Source: an uncultured Flavobacteriales bacterium (GTDB taxonomy: Bacteria; Bacteroidota; Bacteroidia; Flavobacteriales_D; CAJJDF01). Taken from it: DNA of 56,001 nucleotides. The stretch lies in NCBI GenBank assembly GCA_938009745.1, contig CALLII010000012.1, positions 1 through 56,001 on the forward strand. The letters run 5' to 3'. Shown piece after piece: positions 20,580 through 27,952 of this stretch. The position numbers and the translations under genes are program-made. Position 1 is the first letter of the stretch. Every line of letters begins with the position of its first letter. The notes below the pieces were generated by a model. It saw nothing but the letters and a program-made list of their open reading frames with translations. It made no database searches and was not told the origin of the DNA.

Positions 20580-20901
20580 TCCAAGTATTATCGAAGACCT
20601 TGGCGAAGATATATTCCGTCAGGCTCTTGTCATTTTTTTAAAAAATTGTGAAAATGACATACAAAGTTTAAATCAATCATTTCTTACTTCTAATTTTAAA
20701 GAAGTAGAAGCACTAAGTCATAAATTGACTGGTACTTTTGGTTCAATGAGAGTTGAAAAAATCCCTAATCTTTTACGTGAAATAAATGAAGAGGCTAGCG
20801 CCTCAAATTTAAAAATTGAAACTTTTGAAAAAGTAAAAGAACTTTATATAGACTTAAAAATCTATATAAAAGACAATTTTTCTATTGAAACTCAATCTTA
20901 A
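20572..20901 (+). CDS. Stand-alone Hpt phosphotransfer protein
   Basis: Helical 109-aa protein with EALSHKLTGTFGSM, matching the Hpt HxLKG-like phospho-His motif. Confidence 0.8.
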   Translation: MINPSIIEDLGEDIFRQALVIFLKNCENDIQSLNQSFLTSNFKEVEALSHKLTGTFGSMRVEKIPNLLREINEEASASNLKIETFEKVKELYIDLKIYIKDNFSIETQS

Positions 20902-20943
20902 AACTTAAAAAAATCCTTTACTTTGAGGTAAATATTACAAGTA

Positions 20944-21912
20944 ATGGCAAGAATTTTAACAGGAATACAAAGCACAGGAACACCTCATTTAGGTAATTTG
21001 TTAGGTGCAATTATTCCAGCAATAAAAATATCGGAAGACAAAAACAATGAGTCATTTTTATTCATTGCAAATTTGCACACTTTAACTCAAATTAAAGATG
21101 CAGAGGTTCTTAAAACAAATACGCTAAACACAGCAGCTGCATGGCTAGCATTTGGTTTAAATGTGAACAAATCAGTGTTTTATCGCCAAAGTGATATTCC
21201 TCAAGTAACAGAACTTACTTGGTATTTAAATTGTTTTTTTCCTTACCAAAGATTAAAATTAGCTCACTCTTTTAAAGATAAAGCCGATAGACTAGAAGAT
21301 GTAAATGCAGGACTTTTTGATTATCCAATGTTGATGGCTGCAGATATATTGTTGTACGATTCGGAGATTATTCCTGTCGGGAAAGACCAGATGCAGCATA
21401 TTGAGATTACGAGAGATGTAGCCAATAGATTCAACAACCAAATGGGCGAAACTTTTGTGATTCCTGAAGGAAAAGTGGAGAAAGAGACCCAATTGATTCC
21501 CGGTACAGATGGAACTAAGATGAGCAAATCAAAAGGAAATTTGATTAATATCTTTTTAGCTGACAAGAAGTTACGTAAGCAAATAATGGGAATAGAAACG
21601 GATAGTACACCACTAGAAGAACCAAAAAACCCAGATACGTGTAACTGTTTTACTTTGTATAAGTTACTTGCAAATGATGAGCAAACAGCTGAAATGAGAA
21701 AAAATTACTTAGCTGGTGGTTATGGATACGGACACGCCAAACAGGCTCTTTTTGAATTGATAATCGAATTGTTTAAAGAAGAAAGAGAGAAGTTTAATTA
21801 CTATATCGAGAACCCACATTTAGTTGAAGAACAGCTCATGATTGGAGCTAAAAAAGCTACTATAATTGCTAATGAGGTGCTTGCTAAAGTAAGATTAAAA
21901 TTAGGGTATTAA
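20944..21912 (+). CDS. trpS: Tryptophan--tRNA ligase
   Basis: TGIQSTGTPHLGN (HIGH-like), YPMLMAADILLY, VGKDQ, KMSKS. Confidence 0.97.
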   Translation: MARILTGIQSTGTPHLGNLLGAIIPAIKISEDKNNESFLFIANLHTLTQIKDAEVLKTNTLNTAAAWLAFGLNVNKSVFYRQSDIPQVTELTWYLNCFFPYQRLKLAHSFKDKADRLEDVNAGLFDYPMLMAADILLYDSEIIPVGKDQMQHIEITRDVANRFNNQMGETFVIPEGKVEKETQLIPGTDGTKMSKSKGNLINIFLADKKLRKQIMGIETDSTPLEEPKNPDTCNCFTLYKLLANDEQTAEMRKNYLAGGYGYGHAKQALFELIIELFKEEREKFNYYIENPHLVEEQLMIGAKKATIIANEVLAKVRLKLGY

Positions 21913-21929
21913 GACTTTTTTTATTCGTC

Positions 21930-22013
21930 TGTCATTCCATACTTGATACGGAATCTAAAGTTGATCCAGACTGAGCTTTTAATTAATAGATTCTGAATCA
22001 AGTTTAGAATGAC
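21930..22013. repeat. REP-like inverted dimer of two about 26-bp palindromic units
   Basis: Unit 1 GTCATTCCATACTTGATACGGAATCT (21931-21956). Unit 2 (21988-22013) reverse-complements to GTCATTCTAAACTTGATTCAGAATCT. Each unit is itself a hairpin. Confidence 0.75.
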
Positions 22014-22039
22014 TTATTTATTTTAATTCAAAACTAATT

Positions 22040-22324
22040 ATGAATTTTGAAGAAATAAAATCAAAATTTAAAACATTCACTTCGGAAATCAAAGAAGAAA
22101 ATTTTCTGATTTTCTATGATAAGTTTCATAAAGAAATTTCAGAGTATAAAAAATCTGGTGGTTTAGGTAAGCCACTACGTAATTTTCTCTATAATTTATG
22201 GAAAGAAAATGAGGGTGATATTTATAAAGATGAAGTTTTAGGAGAGATTCTAAATAGAATGGAAGGATATTGTTCGCCTCAATTTAAACTTGTTTTTAAA
22301 GATTTTAAAAAAGGAAAATACTAA
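22040..22324 (+). CDS. Small hypothetical helical protein
   Basis: 94-aa ORF with ATG preceded by an A/T-rich leader, filling the gap between the REP-like element and the rnhA stop; no family recognised. Confidence 0.65.
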   Translation: MNFEEIKSKFKTFTSEIKEENFLIFYDKFHKEISEYKKSGGLGKPLRNFLYNLWKENEGDIYKDEVLGEILNRMEGYCSPQFKLVFKDFKKGKY

Positions 22325-22803
22325 AACAACCCTTTCTCCTCTTTCTGAGAATCTTCATACCCTTTATCCACATTGTGGCTTTTTGAGTCATTGGCAGCAG
22401 CAACTGCAAGTTGGTCGCAAACCTCATTGTATTTATTTCCTGCGTGTCCTTTTACCCAAATAAATTCTACTTGGTGTTTTGGGTAAATCTCTAAAAAACG
22501 TTTCCATAAATCGGCATTTTTTTTGCCTTTAAAATTCTTTTTTACCCAGCCAAAAACCCACTTTTTCTCTACAGAATCTACCACATATTTACTATCCGAA
22601 AATATACGGACTTTATACCCTGGTTTTTTCAGCATTTCTAGTGCTACAATCACACTTAATAGTTCCATTCGGTTGTTGGTAGTGTGGCGAAACCCTTCTT
22701 TTATTTCCTTGTAATGTTTCCCTGCCATCATTACTATTCCATAGCCTCCTGGCCCAGGATTACCTAATGCAGAACCATCCGTATATACATTTACTTGGCT
22801 CAT
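22321..22803 (-). CDS. rnhA: Ribonuclease HI
   Basis: YTDGSALGNPGPGG, TTNNRMEL, SDSKYV, WVKGHAG..NE.CD.LA. Confidence 0.96.
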   Translation of the reverse strand: MSQVNVYTDGSALGNPGPGGYGIVMMAGKHYKEIKEGFRHTTNNRMELLSVIVALEMLKKPGYKVRIFSDSKYVVDSVEKKWVFGWVKKNFKGKKNADLWKRFLEIYPKHQVEFIWVKGHAGNKYNEVCDQLAVAAANDSKSHNVDKGYEDSQKEEKGLF

Positions 22804-23372
22804 TGGGTAAGTAGTTTTTCGATTACTACAGGAAAGTGCTCATGCTCCAATTGCTGAATTTTACTCTCTAAATCTTCCCAAGTATCTTTTGGGTTTATTT
22901 CACACTCAAACTGTTCAATGATATTTCCTTCGTCATAATTCTCATTTACATAATGAAAAGTAATACCCGATTTAGTTTCTCCAGCCTCTATAACTGCCTT
23001 ATGAACGTGTTTTCCATACATTCCTTTTCCGCCAAACTTTGGAAGGAGCGAAGGATGAACATTCACTATTTTGTTCTCAAAATGAGAAGTAAACTCTATA
23101 GGAATTTTAAGTAAAAACCCTGCTAGTACTATTAAATCTATGTTCAATAAATCTACTAACTCAGTTACGTTTCCATCTTCTAGTTCTTGTTTGGAAAATG
23201 TTACCGTATTTACTCCAGCTTTTTGAGCATTGATTATTCCCAAGCACTCTTTTTTATTAGAGAAAACAGATTCTACATCAATGTCAGGATTGGAATCAAA
23301 ATGAGCAATTAAATTACTCATATTACTCCCATTTCCGGATACAAAAATCACTATGTTTTTTGGGTTTTTCAT
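22800..23372 (-). CDS. purN: Phosphoribosylglycinamide formyltransferase
   Basis: IFVSGNGSN, LIVLAGF, NVHPSLLPKFGGKGMYG, YDEG; start moved to ATG 23372 (MKNPKNIVIF). Confidence 0.94.
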   Translation of the reverse strand: MKNPKNIVIFVSGNGSNMSNLIAHFDSNPDIDVESVFSNKKECLGIINAQKAGVNTVTFSKQELEDGNVTELVDLLNIDLIVLAGFLLKIPIEFTSHFENKIVNVHPSLLPKFGGKGMYGKHVHKAVIEAGETKSGITFHYVNENYDEGNIIEQFECEINPKDTWEDLESKIQQLEHEHFPVVIEKLLTQ

Positions 23373-23432
23373 TGAATTTAGGGCCTGAAAAATCATTTTC
23401 AGATTAAGTCTGATTTTCTTAACTTTACGATT

Positions 23433-23440
23433 CAAAGATA
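23433..23440 (-). promoter_or_regulatory. -7 promoter element for purN-rnhA
   Basis: Minus strand reads TATCTTTG, an exact TAnnTTTG match; a weaker plus-strand TAACTTTA at 23420-23427 could serve yebC. Confidence 0.6.
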
Positions 23441-23488
23441 AGAGATTAATCATATTCTGCCTAAAGCAGATTACAAATAAATACTAAG

Positions 23489-24253
23489 ATGTCAGGACAC
23501 AGTAAATGGTCATCCATTAAGCACAAGAAAGGAGCGAAAGATGCAAAGAGAGGAAAAATCTTTACGCGTATAATCAAAGAAATTACGATTGCAGCAAGAG
23601 ATGGAGGAAGTGGAGACCCTGATATGAATCCAGCTTTGAGAGTGGCAATCCAGAATGCTAAAGGTGCCAACATGCCTAAAGACACTATGGAACGTGCCAT
23701 TAAAAAAGGTTCAGGAGAAGAGGCAGCCAACTTAGTAGAATATACTTTTGAAGGTTACGCATCTAATGGAATTGCAGTATTTGTAGAAGCAACTTCTGAC
23801 AATAACAATAGAGTAGTAGCAAACGTAAGAGCTGTTTTTAGCAAATACGGAGGAGAACTTGGAACTCACGGTTCACTTTCTTTTATGTTTGACAGAAAAG
23901 GAGTGTTTACAATTAATAGAGAATTATTGAAAGATTGGGAATTAGAAGACTTAGAATTTGAATTGATTGACGCAGGATTAGAAGAAATTGATGTGCAAGA
24001 AGAAGATGTGTTTATCTATACTTCGTTTGATAGTTATGGAGAAATGCAGAAGAAATTGGACGAAATGAAATTGGAAGCCAAGAGCCAAGAGCTCCAAAGA
24101 ATCCCAACTACCACAATGGCTTTGGAAGTAGATAAAGCTAAACAAGTACTAAAGTTAATTGATAAAATGGAAGAAGATGATGACGTAAATGTGGTGTATC
24201 ATACGTTAGAAATGACAGATGAATTGGCTGCAGCACTTGAGGCTGAGGATTAA
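23489..24253 (+). CDS. yebC: YebC/PmpR family protein
   Basis: MSGHSKWSSIKHKK, NPALR, NMPKD, FEGY, DN.NR, DDDV. Confidence 0.93.
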   Translation: MSGHSKWSSIKHKKGAKDAKRGKIFTRIIKEITIAARDGGSGDPDMNPALRVAIQNAKGANMPKDTMERAIKKGSGEEAANLVEYTFEGYASNGIAVFVEATSDNNNRVVANVRAVFSKYGGELGTHGSLSFMFDRKGVFTINRELLKDWELEDLEFELIDAGLEEIDVQEEDVFIYTSFDSYGEMQKKLDEMKLEAKSQELQRIPTTTMALEVDKAKQVLKLIDKMEEDDDVNVVYHTLEMTDELAAALEAED

Positions 24254-24273
24254 AAACACTTTGAAAAAAAAAT

Positions 24274-24834
24274 TTGAATAACAAAGAGGTTAAAATAGCA
24301 ATAATTGGTGCATTTGCAGGAATTGTTTTTACGGCACTTTATGATTTATTTAAATCTAAACCGATTTTATCAACTTTATGGAATTGGCTAAGATGGATTT
24401 GGAATAATATTTTTGAATTTGAACTAACGTTTTGGCAAATAATACTTGGTATTGTAGTTTTAATTATCATTTCTAATTTTTTAAAGAATAGAAAAAGTTT
24501 ATCTCAAGAATTCCAAATGTATTGGGGCTCTTACTGCAAGGATAAAATTCACGATATGAATTGGAGTTGGTATTGGGAAAAAGACCCTTTAAGCGGAAAA
24601 TGGAGTATAAATGATTTAAGACCAGTTTGTGATTCATGTGAAACCAAAATGCATTTAAATGACAATAATAGTTGGGATAAAAAATTTGCTGATTGTCCGA
24701 GGTGCGGTCAAGTTTATAACGAAAGAAAAGATTTGAGGAAAGTTGAAGCGGTAATAATTGATAACCTTGAAAGAGGAATTTTTCCAAAAGGAACAGATAT
24801 TTCTATCCCAAAGAATCAAATACCTCGCAAATAA
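24274..24834 (+). CDS. Hypothetical membrane-anchored protein with a C-terminal zinc ribbon
   Basis: TTG start, two N-terminal hydrophobic segments, a Trp-rich middle, and CDSC...CPRC pairs. Confidence 0.65.
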   Translation: MNNKEVKIAIIGAFAGIVFTALYDLFKSKPILSTLWNWLRWIWNNIFEFELTFWQIILGIVVLIIISNFLKNRKSLSQEFQMYWGSYCKDKIHDMNWSWYWEKDPLSGKWSINDLRPVCDSCETKMHLNDNNSWDKKFADCPRCGQVYNERKDLRKVEAVIIDNLERGIFPKGTDISIPKNQIPRK

Positions 24835-25987
24835 CCCCACAAACAGTTTCAATTTCCTTCGTAGTAATAGTAAGTGGTGGCGCTAATCTAAAACTTGCAG
24901 GGCAGGATAAAAACCAAAAGGCAATAATTCCTTTTTCCATGCAACCTTCTACTACTTGTTGAGTAATTTCTTCGTTTTCGAGATCAATGGCAAGCATCAA
25001 TCCTATTTGCCTAATTTCTTTTACCAAGGAATGAGAAAGTAATTGGTTCATCAAAGCTCCCTTTTCGTGAACATCATCCACCAAGTTTTCTTCTTGAATT
25101 ACGTTAATGTTAGCAATAGCAGCAGCACAATTTACTGGATGTCCACCAAAAGTGGTAATGTGGCCAAGCATTGGATTGTGTGTAAGGCAATCCATAATTT
25201 CTTTACTAGAAACAAAAGCGCCAATTGGCATTCCACCACCAAGGGCTTTTGCAATTACCAAAATATCTGGAGTAATTCCGTACTGCTCAAAAGCAAAAAA
25301 GCTTCCTGTTCGTCCAAATCCAGTTTGTATTTCATCCAGGATTAACAAAGTACCCGTTTCGGTACATTTTTCTCTTAGTTTTTGAAGATAACATAGTTCT
25401 GGAATCCTAACTCCAGCATCACCTTGCACGGTTTCTATAATTACGCAAGCTGTATTTGTGGTTATTTTATCTAGCTCAGCTAATTCGTTAAATTCAATAA
25501 AATGTACATCTGGCAAAAGAGGTTTAAAAGCAGATTGCTTCACTGGATTTCCCGAAACACTTAAGGCTCCATGTGTACTTCCATGATAGGATTTGTTGCA
25601 AGCAATAATTTCTTGCCTTCCAGTATATCTTTTAGCCAATTTAAGCGCACCTTCCACAGCTTCGGCACCAGAATTAACAAAGTAACTTGTTGTTAAGTTA
25701 GCAGGCAAAATTTCATTTAATTTCTCGGCTAATTCCAATTGTGGAGTTTGGATAAATTCTCCGTAAGGCATCACGTGTAAGTGAATATCGAGCTGTTTTT
25801 TAATGGCTTCAATCACTTTTGGATGCCTGTGTCCTATATTAGTCACAGCCAATCCAGATACCAAATCATAATACGCTTTACCAGCTTTATCATAGATAAA
25901 TAAACCTTCGGCACGGCTTATTTCCAATCCGATTGGGAAAGGAGTTGTTTGCGCTTGTAGGTTATGAAATATCTCTTTGTTATCCAT
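24803..25987 (-). CDS. Class-III PLP aminotransferase (acetylornithine aminotransferase-like)
   Basis: NSGAEAVEGALKLA, SYHGST, ETVQGDAG, DEIQTGFGRTG, AKALGGG (PLP Lys), TTFGG. Confidence 0.9.
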   Translation of the reverse strand: MDNKEIFHNLQAQTTPFPIGLEISRAEGLFIYDKAGKAYYDLVSGLAVTNIGHRHPKVIEAIKKQLDIHLHVMPYGEFIQTPQLELAEKLNEILPANLTTSYFVNSGAEAVEGALKLAKRYTGRQEIIACNKSYHGSTHGALSVSGNPVKQSAFKPLLPDVHFIEFNELAELDKITTNTACVIIETVQGDAGVRIPELCYLQKLREKCTETGTLLILDEIQTGFGRTGSFFAFEQYGITPDILVIAKALGGGMPIGAFVSSKEIMDCLTHNPMLGHITTFGGHPVNCAAAIANINVIQEENLVDDVHEKGALMNQLLSHSLVKEIRQIGLMLAIDLENEEITQQVVEGCMEKGIIAFWFLSCPASFRLAPPLTITTKEIETVCGVICEVFDSLG

Positions 25988-25991
25988 AAAT

Positions 25992-25999
25992 CAAAAGTA
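25992..25999 (-). promoter_or_regulatory. -7 promoter element directly before the aminotransferase ATG
   Basis: Minus strand TACTTTTG, 4 nt before ATG 25987. Confidence 0.65.
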
Positions 26000-26015
26000 T
26001 AACTATTTTCTAAAC

Positions 26016-26059
26016 AAAAAAATCCCTTTGATAACACTTAAGGCTATCAAAGGGATTTT
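26016..26059 (-). terminator. Intrinsic terminator of the ECF operon
   Basis: Stem AAAATCCCTTTGATA / TATCAAAGGGATTTT with a 7-T tract on the minus strand, about 20 nt after the 26080 stop. Confidence 0.85.
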
Positions 26060-26079
26060 GATTAATATCTAATTAGAGT

Positions 26080-26574
26080 TTATCTATCAGAAGGCTGCAT
26101 GTTTTTTTGAGGCCTATTTCCCTCAGGTCTGTCTCCTTTTTTTCTATTTTCTTTCATGTGGTTCCACATTTTACGTTCCACCATGTATAGCTTTGCTACC
26201 TTTTTCATTGGTAATACTGCTTTAAACTTTTCGTGGTATTTCTTTTTAAGGTCAAGCTCTTTTTGTTTCATTTCAAATGAGGCTTGCATTACTTCATCAA
26301 GTTCAGCATCACTTAACTCTTCCATTTTCTTTCCTTTTTGTCTCATTGCTTTAGAAGCAGCTCTCAAAGCTCTTTTTTCTGTTTGAAACTGATCGTATAC
26401 TGGAAAGAATGCTGTTTTTTCTGCTTCTGTTAATTCTAGTTTTTCTGATAAGTAAGCTTCCATTTGAGCTTTTTTCTCAGCCATGTTTTCAGCTTTTTTT
26501 TGCCCTTTTTGAGCCATTAATCCGCTACTTGCTAAAGCAAATAGGGTAATAAGTGTGATTTTTAAAGTTTTCAT
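26080..26574 (-). CDS. Exported helical protein, Spy/CpxP-like, associated with the ECF sigma factor
   Basis: Signal peptide (…SSGLMAQ); LELTEAEKTAFFPVY motif reminiscent of LTxxQ; last gene of the sigma operon. Confidence 0.7.
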   Translation of the reverse strand: MKTLKITLITLFALASSGLMAQKGQKKAENMAEKKAQMEAYLSEKLELTEAEKTAFFPVYDQFQTEKRALRAASKAMRQKGKKMEELSDAELDEVMQASFEMKQKELDLKKKYHEKFKAVLPMKKVAKLYMVERKMWNHMKENRKKGDRPEGNRPQKNMQPSDR

Positions 26575-26609
26575 AATCGTATTGTATTTAAGTGTTATTA
26601 TTTGTTGTG

Positions 26610-26963
26610 TTAGTTCATTGCTATTTCGTCAAACTGCAATGCATCTTCTAGCTCTAAGTCTATCTCAGAGAAGTCTTCTAAGTATTCATTTACTGTCATT
26701 TCTCCAAATAATTCAGTGGTCGATTCATTATCATTCCCAAAGAAAAAAGTAGAGGAAATTCCTACAACTATCGCAATAGAGGCTGCATAAGCAAACACTC
26801 TGTAAATAGATGTTTTCTTCTGCTTAGGCTGTTCAGTTGTCTGTTCCATAATGGAAGAAGACAGTGAATCAAAAAATCCTTCAGGAGTATTCATTCCTTT
26901 AGCAGTTTTTAACTTATCCAAAGTTGGAAATTCGTTTTCTATATGTTCGTTAGTCGTTTTCAT
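26610..26963 (-). CDS. Putative single-TM anti-sigma factor
   Basis: TPEGFFDSL motif and YAASIAIVVGI TM segment; directly after the ECF sigma gene; ATG at 26963. Confidence 0.7.
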   Translation of the reverse strand: MKTTNEHIENEFPTLDKLKTAKGMNTPEGFFDSLSSSIMEQTTEQPKQKKTSIYRVFAYAASIAIVVGISSTFFFGNDNESTTELFGEMTVNEYLEDFSEIDLELEDALQFDEIAMN

Positions 26964-27001
26964 TTCGTGTTGTTTCTTTGACAATAGTTTTTGTAAAAGG
27001 T

Positions 27002-27541
27002 TTAATCGGTATTGGTTAAATGTGCTTCAATCTTCTTTTGAGCATGGTGGTAGGAGGCTTTTAAGGAGCCAACTGATCCACCAAGTATATCTGCAATTTC
27101 AGTATATTTTAATTCTTCAAAGTACTTCATGTTAAACACTAACTTTTGCTTATCGGGTAAAGTTCCAATTGCTTTATAAAGTTTAGCTTCTATTTCCTCT
27201 CCTGAGAAAAATGAATCATCTTTTCTGTTTTCAATCTGAATATCATCAATAGATTGAGCCACACGTTTTTTATTTGATTTAATAAAGTTAAGAGTTTCGT
27301 TAGTTGCAATTCGGTACATCCAAGTGAATAGGTTTGCTTCTTTTTTAAATTTAGGCAATCCTTTCCACACTTTAATAAAACTGTTTTGAGTTACATCATT
27401 AGCATCCTCATGGTTAATCACCATTTTACGAATATGCCAATATAAACGCTCTTGGTATTTGTTAACCAAGTGTCCAAAAGCAATTTGTTCTTTGCCTTTA
27501 GTTGTAAATAATGTTAATATGTCTTGGTCGTCCAAATGCAA
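27002..27541 (-). CDS. ECF-type RNA polymerase sigma factor
   Basis: Region 2 (YQERLYWHIR, DANDVTQNSF, FTWMYRIATN) and region 4 (LPDKQKLVF, EIADILG, KASYHHA). Confidence 0.93.
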   Translation of the reverse strand: MHLDDQDILTLFTTKGKEQIAFGHLVNKYQERLYWHIRKMVINHEDANDVTQNSFIKVWKGLPKFKKEANLFTWMYRIATNETLNFIKSNKKRVAQSIDDIQIENRKDDSFFSGEEIEAKLYKAIGTLPDKQKLVFNMKYFEELKYTEIADILGGSVGSLKASYHHAQKKIEAHLTNTD

Positions 27542-27573
27542 GGATAATTCGTTTTATAAATAAGTTACAATTC

Positions 27574-27601
27574 TTAGACCAAAGAAAAGATAAAAGGTTT
27601 A
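27574..27601 (-). promoter_or_regulatory. Putative ECF (autoregulatory) promoter
   Basis: Minus strand TAAACC-N16-GTCTAA, about 30 nt upstream of the sigma start; matches the general ECF AAC / GTC pattern. Confidence 0.6.
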
Positions 27602-27653
27602 ATTGACTAATAAATTTAAAATATATAATAAACCGAAAAGAGTGTCGTTATAG

Positions 27654-27881
27654 ATGCATAACCAAAACATATATATGGATAAAAAAATTACTCTAAACGA
27701 CTTAACGGAATTTTACAAAAATGAAAAGAAACTTTCTCAATTCCTTATGGATATGAAGGATTCTAGTTCATATTTTAATCCAGTAAGCAACACTACAATT
27801 TCTAACATTATGGCTTATGCAAAGGCTTTAAGTGTAAGAAATTCCAAACATTTAGGTAAAATTGATTTTGTATTAAATTGA
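27654..27881 (+). CDS. Small hypothetical protein
   Basis: 75 aa (or 68 aa from ATG 27675), ending NIMAYAKALSV...FVLN; followed by a terminator. Confidence 0.7.
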   Translation: MHNQNIYMDKKITLNDLTEFYKNEKKLSQFLMDMKDSSSYFNPVSNTTISNIMAYAKALSVRNSKHLGKIDFVLN

Positions 27882-27900
27882 TTTTTACCTTGCCCTAATT

Positions 27901-27938
27901 AAAAAGAGTGTTTCCATTTCGGTACACTCTTTTTTTTT
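27901..27938 (+). terminator. Intrinsic terminator
   Basis: AAAAAGAGTGT...ACACTCT stem plus a long T tract. Confidence 0.8.
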
Positions 27939-27952
27939 GTTAACCTTGTACT

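Noticed and set aside
23373-23453. Longer track starts for purN (also for acpP, sdhA, cvpA, recQ, the flavin reductase, the zinc-ribbon gene and MMPL)
   Set aside because: The extensions run through -7 promoter elements, terminators or neighbouring genes and lack family-like sequence; downstream starts fit better.
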